In this document: positions 48,045-61,926 of the stretch, piece after piece | Position numbering within the stretch: the stretch's first letter is position 1 | Layout of the letters: every line of letters begins with the position of its first letter | NCBI GenBank assembly: GCA_026914245.1 | Contig: CP110439.1 | Span: 2,914,001-2,978,000 of the forward strand | Reading direction: 5' to 3' | Length of the DNA stretch: 64,000 nt | Source: Puccinia triticina | Taxonomy: Eukaryota | Notes under the pieces: generated by a model | What the model saw: the letters and a program-made list of their open reading frames with translations, nothing else | The model's database searches: none | What the model was told of the DNA's origin: nothing | Made by a program: the position numbers and the translations under genes

Positions 48045-49223
48045 TCAACCTAAATTTCTCCCAACTTTCCATCCTCGTTTTCGTAGTAGTCTAACAATCG
48101 GTGGGGTCATCCAAGCTACAACAATGCGAATTCAGCCCAGCCATTTGAAAATTCACACATTTTATTGATGATTGAATTTGTGGTCAAATTTTAGAAGTGT
48201 GGAATGCGATTTTTTTTTAATTATGTGGTATGTGACCCGTATTAATTCCGATGAATGTACGTGAGGGATTGAAACGCGCATGTTTGATTTAGCAATGAAG
48301 CATGAGGTCAAGGGAAGCCGATAAAAGTCAAGAAAAAAATGGCTAGAAATGAGCGAAAACACGTACCGGTAAGTCCGATGCGAAATGGTAAGAGGATTGT
48401 CTTATGAATCGTATAAGCCACCACAGCAGTAGTCCATAGCATATTATTCTCCGTTTCAGCGCCTTGGGGGACGGGTGTAGTTGAAGGCAAGGGCGTAGAA
48501 TGGGCTCGTTTCCAGTTCAATTGTTCGAGTAACCAGTCTTCCGCTTTCCTCACGTGTTCGGCGCCAACTAGGTAGATCGTTACAAATGACAACCTGAGAT
48601 TATTTTTGCACCATAGTTGGATCAATTTTTTTATCATTCCTTACAAGAAGCAGACAGTTCTTGTGTTTTGTTTTGATTTGATGTGAGTGGGTTACTCACC
48701 CAAAGTCGACTCCACCGAGTACACCGTAAACAACCAGAGCAGCACTTCCATAGAGCTTCGTCAGTTGTCTGAGTTTGCCAAATAAACCAACGGGGGAGGA
48801 TTGTTCTTCGTGGCTGAAGTTTGATGATTTTTGGTCTTGTTGATGAGAATGATCCTGATCAGTAAATTTACTGAAAAAACTTCTTAGGGAATAGTGGGAA
48901 GGTGCTGTTTTTGGATAATGATCGACTGAGGAATGTGTTGGGCTTGATGAAGCAGATGGTGCAGGTGATGAGGGTGATATAGGCTTGGAAAGCTTGCTCA
49001 TTCGAAAGTAACGGATCGGCCGGAGGTTCGAGGGCGAACAAGGTGAACCCACTTGGTTTTCCGCTCCATCAATACGGCCTATCGTTTCCCATTTGTTGAA
49101 TCGTCGGGAGCCGGCCGATGGGCTATTCGAGTATAAACGCGCGAGTGGCTTGGTGATGGGCCATTCGACTCTTCCGGTCCTGATCATCCGTCGTGCGTGT
49201 ATTGGTATTCCGTGGGTGTTCAT
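48045..49223 (-). CDS. FAM210/DUF1279 (Nat2-like) mitochondrial membrane protein, 3 exons
   Basis: KLRQLTKLYGSAALVVY..VDFG | AVVAYTIHKTILLPFRIGLT | WMTPPIVRLLRKRGW. Confidence 0.85.
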
Positions 49224-49402
49224 GGTAGGTTGAAAGTGAAGAGTGTGGTTGACAAATGTGAACTTGCGCTGCGAGGGTTGACCGTGACTTTCACCGCCAC
49301 ACCGCAGCACTTTCCGCCCTCAACAGCGAAGGAAGCACGGAGCAGACTCAAAGTCTCGAGCCCAAGGACATCCGACCAACCTCGACCTGCTACATACATT
49401 TG

Positions 49403-52400
49403 ATGGCCCATCCAATCACGCAAGTCATACCATAAGACAATGGTCTACTGATATCTTGACTGATACCTTATCTTTTTTAACCACCCTGAAATAAACAGAA
49501 TCGCCACTTGTTCCCTAAACCAATGGGCTGTCAGTATATCATATCTGTGATCACCATCCAGAACAAGTTATACAAGACAACAACGAGGTGGAACCACAAG
49601 ATGACTAAACAATCTCTTTGCAACATTTTTATATTTTTTACAGCTCGACTTTGATGGCAATCACCAGAGGATTTTACAATCGATCAAGTTGGCCAAAGAA
49701 GCCCGCGCCTCCATCAGAGTTGGGCCCGAACTTGAGATCTGGTCAGTACATTACTCTCTTGACCTAATCGCCCTCAAAAATCTAATCTCTTGACGTATGG
49801 TTGTGTTTCTCTTTTTCGTAGTGGGTATGGTTGTTTTGACCATTTTCTAGAAGGTAAGGAGAATGTAGATTTCCTAACAATTCAAAATGATGAATCGCGA
49901 TTGATCTTTGTTTTTTTCGTTGACGGAATACTCCATAGCGGACACGGTCACGCATTGTTGGGAGGTTTTGGCAAAGCTGCTGGCATCACCAGAAACCTTA
50001 GACATACTATGCGATGTTGGAATGTTGAGTATAATGATTTTATTTTTCATCCTCGTCTAGAGGCGGCTGATTGATTCTGGATGATGTCCTCCTTTGACTT
50101 GGACCCTGATCATTAGGCCAGTAATCCACAGGGGGGTACTTTACAATTGCCGAGTGTTGTTTTACAACACCAAAATCATCTTAGTCAGGCCTAAAATGTG
50201 GATGGCCAATGACGGAAACTACAGGTTTGATACTTACATCTCTCGCTTTTTGACACAACAGCGATCATATTGATGATTCTATATTGGACGGACTTTCTCG
50301 TTTAACTTTATTAGGGAGCTGAGGTACTTTAGCTCTTGGAGGCAAGATAGAAAGATTGAACAACTCTTACTACCTAGAGAGCTTCGATTGGTTACTGCCC
50401 AAGTAAGTCTCGTAAAGACCTCATTTTATTCGTTTCAGAAGTTATCCTTCCAGTGACGCAAGTTTGCCGGTTCAAACATCAGACCTCAGTGCCCATTGGA
50501 CTCGCCATCGTCATGACAGACGATACTTCGATAGGGATAGAGACTTGTGAAGAGCTCTTCACACCCAATTCGTCAGTAAATATCTAATGGATCTTACCAA
50601 CCAGCTTTCAATAGCTGAGAATTTGATTCAATTCAGCCCTCACATACAGTTGAGCTTAGAAGGAGTGGAAATCTTTTTGAACTCTTCTGCCTCGCATCAT
50701 GAACTGCGAAAGCTACACACCAGGATTGAATTGATTGAGGAAGCCACTGAGAAGGTTTGATTTGCATTGTTTGCTGCCCTTTCGTTCTGATTGGTACTGA
50801 ACTTGATATTGAAATGGAAATATATGCATCTCACAGGCAGGTGGTGTCTATGTCTATGCCAATCAACAAGGCTGCGATGGCGATAGAATATACTACGATG
50901 GTTGCTCGTTAATATCTCTTAACGGGAAATTGATATGCCAAGGCTCCCAGTTCTCTTTGCAAGATGTCGAGGTGATCACAACAACCGTCGATCTCGAGAC
51001 CGTTCGCACCCATCGGGTTGGAAGAAATAGTCGAAATCAACAGGCCGCGTCGAACAGTCCTACCGCCAGTGGTTATGAGCGTGTTTATGTCGCGGCTGAT
51101 CTCACGAGATTCCCGGCACCCGTTGCAGTCGGCCAGCCCATTCCTGCTACTTATCATACACCAGAAGAAGAAATCGCGTGAGCTGCAAGCCGATCCTCTT
51201 GATCACAGAGTAACGTAGGATTGTAGGATTCAGGCTGACAGCTTTGTTGAACGGTTCTGTTTTTCTTTGTAGACTTGGACCTGCCTGTTGGCTCTGGGAT
51301 TATTTGAGGCGCAGTGGAATGAAAGGATACTTCGTTCCCCTAAGTGGCGGTATCGATAGTTGCGCGACCGCTACCATTGTCTATTCAATGTGTACATTGG
51401 TTGCAAAAGAAGCTCGACTAGGCAGTAAGCATGAACCCTTTCTGTCGACATCACTGAATCCGGTTGTTAATTATTCCACAATAGACCAACAGGTCATTGA
51501 TGATGCTGTCCGAATCACCGGCGAAAAAAACGACTATGTCCCACTCGATGCACGCGAGTTCTGCAACAAAATCTTTCACACCTGCTACATGGGGACTGAG
51601 AATTCGAGCCCAGAAACTCGCAAACGAGCCAAGGATCTTGCTGAGGCAATTGGATCGTAAAGTACCAACTTCTCAACTTAGACTCGGATCACGAGCTGAC
51701 TGCATTTTTTCTTTCGAAATAATCAGATATCACACTGATCTCAATATGGACGCAGTTGTTACTTCAATCCGGACCTTATTCGCTGTGACGACCGGTAAAA
51801 CCCCCCTGTTCAAGATACACGGCGGGACTCAAACTGAGAATTTAGCACTTCAGAACATCCAAGTCAGTCCCACCCTTACGATATCAAGAGCTGAACGATG
51901 AAGCCCATATTGATTTTACGTTCGTATAGGCACGATTGAGGATGCTGCTGAGCTACATGTTTGCACAGCTGTCGCCATGGGTCAGGGGCTTCAATGGTGG
52001 TCTCCTGGTCTTGGGCAGTGCGAATGTGGACGAAAGGTCAATCATTTTCCACTTCTATTGTGCAAACGTTTTCTTAGTTTTCATATCAATTTCTTACTAT
52101 TCTACAGTTTACGAGGCTATATGACGAAATATGATTGTTCGAGCGCAGACATTAACCCGATTGGCGGAATCAGCAAGACTGACCTGAAGCGATTCATTGC
52201 CTACGCCCAAACCAAGTTTGATCTGCCAATACTAGAGCAGTAGGTCTCAACTTGTGTTGTTGTTCATTTGGCGAAACAGCTTACTGAAAGCTCTATGCGT
52301 CAGTTTCTTAACTGCTGTTCCAACGGCGGAATTGGAGCCAATCACGAGCGACTACGTGCAAGCAGATGAAGTAAGTTCCAAAACCAATATACTGAACCCA

Positions 52401-52971
52401 ATGTTATAATTGAACAATGTATGAATCCCTTTTCCCAGGTCGACATGGGTATGACGTATGATGAATTGTCGATTTTTGGTCGGCTGAGAAAGGTAGAGAA
52501 GTGTGGGCCGTACAGCATGTTCAGGCGGCTGGTACAAGATTGGAGCTCGTTCTTGAGCCCTATCGAGGTGAGTTTACTTTTCACATTGATCGTGTGGTGT
52601 TGAGATGGTTTGGAATACTGATCCACAGTCCTCTCCTTAAAAAAACAGATCGCTGGAAAAGTGAAGCATTTCTTCTTTGAGTATGCAAAAAATCGACACA
52701 AAATGACCACCCTTACTCCAAGCTATCATGCTGAAACTTACTCACCTGGTCAATCTCACACCCTTTGTATTTTTAAAACGCTAGAGTCCACCCTGGTGTA
52801 TCAAGCTGACTTCGTGTTTCTTCCTGATTTTACGGCCTCAAAGACGATAACCGATTTGATTTGAGACCGTTCCTCTATCCTGTGAAATTTGGCTGGCAAT
52901 TCCGGAAAATTGATCAAGACGCTGAGGCGATGCCAGACGAAAGCTTGAAGCTGAAAGCCAAAGTTGAATGA
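49403..52971 (+). CDS. QNS1: Glutamine-dependent NAD+ synthetase, ~19 exons
   Basis: [79 protein letters not shown]. Confidence 0.97.
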
Positions 52972-53761
52972 CTTGATAATCTATCATTCGTATCTTCCGC
53001 GTGAGTGATGGCTCTCTTATTTCTCTGGATTCGGGATGACACTACTTGATTGCTTTAAACTGAAATTATGAATTATCATGCGTATCATCAAGACTATCAG
53101 CTGGGAGACATCGGCTACAATTCCATAGAAGGCTTCTTTTCGATGCTATCTGCTTGTATTAAGCTTAAAAAGCTCACAAAATCTATTATGCTGTAAGAAG
53201 TAGGAATGTAAACTTGATGGTAACATTGTAACACTGCATCATGCTTAGTAATTTTTTCAAATATTGCAACTACTATATAGACTTCAATCCCAACTCGCGA
53301 CTAACTTATTATTCGTGTTATTCTCAAGAAGCAATTGATAGTCCTGGTACATTTTGAGTGCGAGCTGGGCAACCGCTCGCCCTACTATCGATGCATTGAG
53401 GCGGCAAGCTTGCCACTCACCTGTTTCATTGTTAACCTTACATACTGTTCATTAGTTCCGATCGAGCGGCGCCTGGCTTCAAGACGCGCGGCAACCTGAC
53501 CGTAAGCTCTCAAGTTACCAAACATTTTTATTTGAGTTGTTTGCCCTTCAATTTTTTACTTGAAGAGTAATTACTGATGAAGATATCTCCACCAAAACCC
53601 AACGGCCCAGAGTGGCAGAAGATTCACTTCGGAGTTGCTACGGTGAAGGAAATTGTTCTCCACTCAAGCACATGGCGGTTCTCGACTCATAAAATGTAGG
53701 TGTCTTGATGGTTCATGCATCTACAACTTTGAATGGATTTCAAATGAGTTGATAGCGAGGT

Positions 53762-54554
53762 CTAGACCTTCTTTGGCCCTTCACGTTCTACGGCTTTCTG
53801 ATATTGGGCTTCAACTACTCGGGAGAAGTATAGAAAAAGTAAGCAAATCAGTGAATCCGCCTCTGTGGCCTTGTAACTTGATCGTGTTTTGGAAAACAGA
53901 CCGGTCGTGTTGCCATATAACTTGTCCCATTCGGCCGATTCCTTCCGACGTTCATCAACTTTGCGTTTCAAATCGGGCGCAAGCTCCTAAGTACGACCAT
54001 AGCAATCATCCATATTAGACAACAATGAAAACAAAATTGGTCAATAATTCGTCATTGCGTTCAATTCCAAACGCAAATTGTGGGAATTTATGTACGTCAT
54101 AAAACTGGGCTGTGGGTGAAAAGTTCAATATGAAGCCGCGATCCGATCAATGCCGAGTTCTTTTGATCAATTTTTCAATCAATAAGCTTGTGTGTCGTAC
54201 TGACATTCAGATGGCGTGGCAACTTTTCACAGGGAGGAACAACAAGCGTGAGGTCAATTGATTTTATCCGATGAAAGTTTTTGGGCCAGGCGGGCCGGAA
54301 GAGGACATAGCAAACCTTGCGGATCATTCCGAAAAGTTCAATACATAGGTAGATTAATGATGATCCCATGTAAATACATAAAGCTCACGTTTCATGATAC
54401 CCCATCCCATTCCAGTTCCTGCATGGACAAGATGAACCACGCTCAGCAAGAATATCGGTATTTTGTGACAGGGAATAAGGGCTGGGGTCATGAAATGGAT
54501 CTCACCAACTATCAATAAGCCCAAGGCTCTTCCCGGCGGTAATCGTGAAGCCAT
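53762..54554 (-). CDS. CBP4: Cbp4-like complex III assembly factor, 6 exons including 18- and 14-nt micro-exons
   Basis: Spliced product MASRLPPGRALGLLIVGTGMGWGIMKLATPSESQFYDELAPDLKRKVDERRKESAEWDKLYGNTTVEAQYQKAVEREGPKKV; all introns GT-AG and in frame. Confidence 0.78.
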
Positions 54555-54841
54555 GGATACTGATAGTTTCCGTCGGTGGTTGCAAGTCGGCAGGGAGATT
54601 TCCCTGAATTCCGGGCCGTCTCATCCCGTGCGGCTGGACTGGTGGTGTCAGACGCGTGACACACCATGTGACAGCTTTGTTGACAATCCGCACTGGGAGT
54701 CCGGGACTGGGCTCGGTGGGATCTGTTTACATTTTCAGTTTTGCATCTATTTACTTACTAGCATCATCTTCCAGAAGACCCCACCAGTTCGCTAGGCGAC
54801 TGACTAGGACAAGCGAAGAGATTATCGACCAGGAGGCTCAA

Positions 54842-56226
54842 ATGGCAATGCCTTACAACCCGTACAGCTCGTTGACAAACACAATGTTCCCCAGTATGCC
54901 TTTCCCGTTAAACGACTTGCTGTATGATGACGAGCTCGAACATTTCGCCCTTATGTACGCTCTCCTATTCGAAGAATACGAGGAAGATGAAGGCGATGAG
55001 GACGATGAAGGTGGTGAAGAACACGGAGGCGATGAGGACGATGAGGAAGATGGAGATGAGGAGCATGATGAGGAGTTTGACGACGAATTTGCTGAGGAAT
55101 TCGAGGAGGAGGAGGATGAGAAGGCTGACTCCGACCAAGAATGCACCAAGAAGCCACTGGATCTGACTTGGCTCTTCAAATTGCCTGACAACGAGCTCAG
55201 ACAGGCCACTCGAATGTCGAAATCTAGCTTCCTCTGGATTTTCAACCAGATCAAGGATAACGCCATTTTCCGGAGACCTGGCACACCTCAGCTTTCTATT
55301 GCCCAACAACTCGCACTAACACTCGAATTACTCGGATCCAATGGGCACGACGGATTGCCAGGTCCACTGGCCTCCAGGTTGGGTATCAGTCGACGAGATG
55401 CTATCAAAGTTATCGTTGGCCCCGTTCAAGCAATCAACGCCCTTTCACACACATACGTGACCTGGCCGAACGAAATACGGAGACAGCTGATTTCGGAAGT
55501 CATGAAGCTAGAAGGCTTCGAGGGCTGTGTAGGCTCAGTTGACGATCTAACCATCCCCTTGTCATATCCGATGAACGACGAATCATTTCTGCATAGTCAG
55601 ACGGGACGCCCAACTATGAACGCCCAGATTATCTGTGATGCTAACAAACGGATCACTGCTTTCTTCACCGGCACGCCTGGTGAATGGAGAGGAAGCCTGA
55701 CATACGAGAAATCATCGCTGCACCGAAACCCTACCAAGTTCTTTGATCCAGGTAAGAGTTGCATCACTTTGCTTGATACCTTTCAATCGCAGCCGACCCT
55801 TTTTTCATTTCAGGCCAATATCTCATTGCCGATTCCGCCTATCGCCCGAGTAAAACTGTCATCCCACCATCCAACGCTCCGGGTCCGAAGTCGAAAACGG
55901 ATGAAGAGTTCGATTATTGCTTAGCCAAATCGCATACACGGAGTCAGAAGGCCATCGGTGCTTTGAAAGCCAGATGGGCCTCTCTAAACGAAATACGTTT
56001 CTCTCGAACTGCCAGCGCCAAACATTATATTCATTGGGTGCACTGCTGTATTGTCTTGCATAACATGCTTAACCAGTTTGGGGACATTTGGGATGAAGTG
56101 GATGATCACCCAACCAGCCCTCAAGTCACACCGCCAACCGTTCGCAACACTCGTACTCTCGACTCGTTCCGCTTGACCGTCAAAACTAAATGCATCGAAG
56201 TCAATCGTCGGCTTGGTGTTATTTGA
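54842..56226 (+). CDS. Harbinger-derived DDE_Tnp_4 (HARBI1/ALP1-like) protein with acidic N-terminal tract
   Basis: RMSKSSF, LSIAQQLALTL, GCVGSVD, NAQIICD, intron 55752-55813, YLIADSAY, AIGALKARW, CCIVLHNM. Confidence 0.85.
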
Positions 56227-57005
56227 TGGTAGTGGTAGGTCGATCGATTGGAGTGGGTCCCTCCGAAACCGCCAGGCTTCTTCCATCCTGACTTGTATTC
56301 AACATGGGTAGTATGAATGCGTGTATCTTGTAGAATGCAGTAACAACAGACGAACGGGATCGGGTAGATATTAAAAATATCGTATTTTGAGGGGTTCTTC
56401 AAAAGACCTTACGAATTTGAATCCCCTTGTGGGCTCAGATTTTTCTTTCCCAGGTCTACGCCTGCCTTAATTTCCTCTTGAAGGGGGGGCTTCTGCGCCA
56501 AGTCGTGTGGAGATTGGTTTGCTTCAGTCCCTGTTAACATCACCATGTCACATTGTGTGAATAATTTTTGCAGAAAGAAAAGACGCACAAGAGCATGGAG
56601 AATCTTTCCATATTTTTCTTGGTTTTTATGTCCGTGAGTTGCGCTCAACTTGGGGGCTTTTGTGACTTGCATCTGTTTGATTTTATCCTCATGGAATGCA
56701 GACAGCCCAAGTGATGATAATGATATTTCATGTGGCCCAGGTCTGGGTATATTTAAATATTTAGTTCCTTCAGTGCGTCATTGTTAATCTGGGGTGTTGC
56801 CGAGTGTGGGGTTGGGGTGCGTCGGTTGGATGGGCTCATCGGAGTGGCTGGATTACATAATCATCGGCCATTGTGCTCCACCACAACAGTCAACAGCATT
56901 CGATGCCCATTGGCTCTCACTCAACGGGATCAACTTCCATCTGCATAAACAACCCGCCCCACATCCCAAGAGGGCATCGCAAGCAATTCGAATCCGACGT
57001 TCTGG

Positions 57006-60000
57006 ATGTCCTTCTTCAAACCTCTGGCTAAGAAGCATCGCGAAGAGGCTACTGGGAACCTATTCAAACAACTCAACTGGTCTCACCATGTCCTCGAGCA
57101 TAGTCAAGATCTTTTCTCCCCCTCCAAGGCCTTCGAACATGGGATAACAGCCACCATAGTGAGCTTTGGTTCCACTTGAGCTTACCTGAGCACGAGTCTG
57201 CTACTAACAAGAGCTTTGTGTCACATCTAGACTGCAATGGCCTACGACCCTCTCCAGTCATTTCTGGCTGTCGGTACAGCGGATGGCCATTTTCATCTTT
57301 GGGGATCACCCGGAGTTTCATCGTCTTGGCAAAATCGACCGGCACACTCGATCAAATTCTTGAACTTCAAGTCTGGGTCTCCTCTGATATGTGCCATAGG
57401 CTAGTCTAAGATTTCTTGAAATCCTTGGCTGCAACCCTTCAACAAATTTCTTAACTAATCCTCCATCTGTCAAAATAAATAAATAAACAGATGTCAAAAA
57501 TTACCTGACGGTTTACAATCTATCGAGAATTCAAGACGGAGGGCCACTTCGAGAATTTACCCATTCAATACGATCAACCGTAACGTGATCATCCTTCTCA
57601 TTGATTTCCAGTCATCAGTCTCCATCTGCGGGGGTTTTGTTTTTTCTCACCACAACTTGCAAACTCAAAACCGCTTTTATCATCTAGATGCCTCGATGTC
57701 TCACCGGCACACTCGCACATGTTCCTAGGTCTGGAAGATGGCACGGTGGAATGCTTTGACCTTGAACGTGGAATTGTATCTCCTTACAGGTATTTCACGC
57801 TTTACTCCATCCGTATTCATTTCTACACTGTCAAGATACTTAAGTTTTCAACCGCTTTCAATAGAATTCGGAATCTTTGGTTTGAGCAAGAAGCACTTTA
57901 CCGGAGAAGCGGTGCTCCGGGAGCCCCCAGTGCACGTCACATGTGAGACTTTCAATAACTCTCAGTTCTGGCTTGTTTTCAAATTTATCCTTGCCTTTGT
58001 TTTGGACAGTCCAATCTGTACAGATATTAAGATCCATCCCAATGATATCAATCTGATCCTGATAGCTCACGAAGGCGGGATCTCACTCTATAATCTGAAG
58101 CAAGAACTCGTTGTCCGGAGATTTGAACTGATCATTCCACCTGGAGCAATCGGAGGAAACTCGGATCCTAATCACCCCTCCGTTTTCGAGGAGCGCCGAC
58201 CCAATGTCAACTGTATCTGTTTTCGACCTGATGGGCTAATATTTGCAGCAGGATATTCAGATGGCTGTTTGGCTTTTTGGTCCATCGATGATGGCGAAAT
58301 TCCCCTGTTGGTCAGAACGATAGATCGTGAAAATGTTACCACGTTCGACTGGCAAGAGGCGCCGGATACGGAAATCTCTGAGACGGTATCAGCCCCCGGC
58401 TCCCAGACCAGAGAACCTATATTCAGATTGGCGTGGAGCCATTCTCCAGTTGCTCAAAACAGTAATTCCAATCAATCCGATAAGAATGACCTGGCGAAAG
58501 ACGGTACAAAACTAGTTATCCTTGGTGGTCTCCTAGTCATTGATCCTATCGGCGTTCATGTATTACACTATCCAAAGTATTATCCGCACAGCAAAACAAC
58601 ATCCGAAGGCAATGGTGACATTCGGGGTGCCATGAAAGACTCAGTCTCGTCTGTTGGGCACTCTTTGTACCCGACGGATGAGATTCCGGACGATTTCCTT
58701 CTGATACCGAGAAAGACTCCGTACTTCGATGGCGCTGAAGATCCACTGGCAATCTTGATCAGCTCTACTTGCAGAAGGAAACATGATTGGCTTCACTCGG
58801 GACCCGCTGCGGAAGACGATAATTTGCGTTTTTCCAGTCGCACTGTGCACGGCTATACTTTCCCCCCCGATACCCACAAGGAAACCCAAGAGTATTTCCT
58901 GCCTAGTTCATTTGATTGGATCGGCTCTAAAACCGTCGTTCTCAGTCAGCTATTCGACTTGTCAGAGCTCGCTTACCAATTTTATCTATCTTCGAATGCG
59001 AATACCTCTGCCCAACTCCAAACTGCCCACCTTGATCATCTACCTTTGCGCGGCGGCCAAGCACATGTGTCACCTCTTATCTCAGCCTCCCTTGAAGACC
59101 AATACCAACAAACTTCTGCTGTGCTTTCTGAGTTTTCTCTCCAGTACAGGATACTCGTCACTGTACATGTGGATTATAAAATTCGATTTTGGGATATTAG
59201 TCCGGCGTTGCTATTACCCAAGTTACACGGCTCGTCTGAATTGGATGACCTACAAGAACAAGGTGGCACGCGAAAATATGGATTTGACTTGAAGTCTGAC
59301 TTCCCTCGCCGGCTGGACCATCTGACAGTTGATATGACTGCTCTCTTTCGACATTCATCCAGTAGCCCGCTCAGTTTCAAATTGGCCGCGCCCATTGAAC
59401 TACAGCTAAATCCAGAAAGCCTTGATCTATTGATAATTCTCGCCAACAGAGACTCTCTGCTGTATACTTTCCATCAACAATCTGCTTCCATTAAACCAAT
59501 AATGTATCCTACAGGATTAGATACACCACCCTCTTCAAGTCCATCGGCCCAGCCAATGAACTCACAATCACACCATGCCGATTTAAGTCAAGATAGACCT
59601 CCAGAGGTAATTCTTTAGCACCATCTGCTATCCAAGCCCGTGCTCAGTATCATTCTTCAGCCGTGAATCGTCTCGCTAACCATTTCTCTGTATCAATGGG
59701 TTGTTCGTAGTCACCGGGTACTCCCAGTACGCGACCTTCAAACCTACTTCAGCTAGCAGGGAACCCAGCAGGATCTGCAGACAAAAGCCTCGCCATGATT
59801 GCCTTGAGTTCATCTGAAGAGCTCGGCGTACTTTCAAGCGGATTTTCACCGATCGCATTGATCCAAATCACTGGGTCAGAAGCCCAGAATCCTTGTATCG
59901 ATGATCGGGGCGAGGGTCAGAGCGGTGTCCAGTATGCTCTGACGGACATAGGATTTCTTGCGATCGCCCATCCTCAGGAAGAGTGGATCAAAGTTGTTGA

Positions 60001-61518
60001 CCTGAGGAAGTCTAAGCTCCTATTTAGCGATGTGATTCGGCATGAAAGTAAATCTAAAGGCAAAAGCAAAGAAAGTGCGATATGCTGTATGTACTGGACC
60101 ATCGCCCGCACGGAATCGGGTAAGCAATCCGACTTTCTCGAATATATCATGTCTTTTCAATTATCCTGTCTGATTAACTATTTCCCTTTCAAAGATTCCG
60201 CCACTCTTCCTCGACTAATAGTTGCTTACGCGAACGGGCTCTTTAATGTGATTACATTGACTCCCTCTGATATGGCTTCAATTGACAATTGGACTGCATC
60301 ATCGAACGCCACTGATACATTCAGATGTGATCTAAATCACAAAAATGGCCCCTTGAACTGTCCCATCTCAGTTTTCCTCTTTGACTCGGATGGACATCCT
60401 TTAGTAGCAAATCTTTCAAGTCTGAGGAATGCACTGTCTCAGGACACGCGTAGCAAAGGAGTATTTGAAGATGACCCGGTTGCATCGCCCAAAGTATCTT
60501 TAGACTCCGTTTTGGTCATCGTTTGCTCTCAATCGGTCATTGTTAGGATGAACTTGAATGGGCCGCAACTCAATTGTCGAGCTGATATATCTCCTGAACC
60601 AATCGTCCAAGCTTCGACCATATCGTACCAAGGCTCTCATGTGCTCCTTTTGATCGACCAAAAAAGATCCTGCTACATTCTATCTTTACCCAAGTTGGAA
60701 CTAATTTGTCGAACGTGCTTGCCAACTTCGAACCCGTCAGTTGATTTCACTTTTTCCTCGCAAAAATGATCATGCCGATTAATTTGAATGCATCCTTGTC
60801 ATTGTTTTTTACCTCTTGTCCCTTCCTGCGCAGGGTTGATCAAATGGACAAATTTTATATTGATGGCTTTGCGGATGTGCTAGATCAATCACACTTATCA
60901 ACCACTCAATTGTCCACCCTGATTTTCGGTCGAGATTTGATCTATTCGCCGGCGCTCAAGCTTTATGACCCGAACATCACCCTGCCCGATCCACCCAGAC
61001 CGTACTCCTCGCTCTTAACCACGATGACGACGAATCTAACGTTGAATATAGCCTCCTGGTTTAGTCAAAGTTCACATACGACCGAAGCTCAGGGCGGGGC
61101 AAGCGGAACGAGCAGAGTGACGGGCGCGGAGCTAGATTCCTTTCTTGCGGGCCCACTCCGACCAGAAGTCAAGAAAACAGTGCCCCAGCCTCCACGGGCG
61201 AAACAAAGCCGGTCGAAAAGCTTTCTCCCAAACCAACCCCGATCTCATTCTAAGGACCATTCTTCCAAGGACCGGGCTAGCAAGCCGGCGGCGACAACGA
61301 TTGGCTCGAGCGCCACTGACACCAAAACTCAGCTCACTCAGAATATCGACGGCTTGGATGAACGCTCGGATCGGCTCAGGTTCCTTAACGAACGCTTCGA
61401 TGACATGGCAGAGGCCTCTAATGATATGTTGAATCAAGCTAAACGCATCGCACAACAACAAGCCGCTAAATCTACATTTTCTACTGGGCTCTCTAGTGTT
61501 AAATCGTTTTTCAAGTAG
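57006..61518 (+). CDS. SRO7: Lgl/tomosyn family protein (Sro7/Sro77-like), multi-exon
   Basis: TAMAYDPLQSFLAVGTADG, WD40 repeats, REPIFRLAWS, C-terminal R-SNARE-like coil (LDERSDRLRFLNERFDDMAEAS). Confidence 0.88.
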
Positions 61519-61926
61519 CTTTCTCTCGTCTTATTGCCTTTTTTGCCCGGAACATGTAGTCTGCTTCTATACCCCAGGGCTCTTTTTTTTGGTTTTGTAG
61601 CTGGTGTGTTTTTCTCTTATGTCGCATGTTTGCTTTTTGTGAAAGGGTTGAGAGGGAAAGCACCGGTGGCTCTTGGCTTGCTATCGTTTGTAAACATATA
61701 AACATGCCTTGGTTCTGTACGACTACATGATTGGGTTCGATTTGTTAGCTCTGTTCCTTCACTTACTTGCACTGATGATGTAATTTATAGCTCCGATGAG
61801 CGCTTCGGCACCTTTTTGAACATGTTGAGGTCAAATTTCCCTCTAAAACTGGGATCCCACGCGTCCATTGACACTGGGCCCATGTAGAAATGTGCTGCAT
61901 TTGTAATTTGCATATGAAAACACGTG

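Noticed and set aside
54853..55309. Antisense Ser-rich and Leu-rich ORFs
   Set aside because: These are shadows of the GAR/GAY acidic tract on the plus strand.
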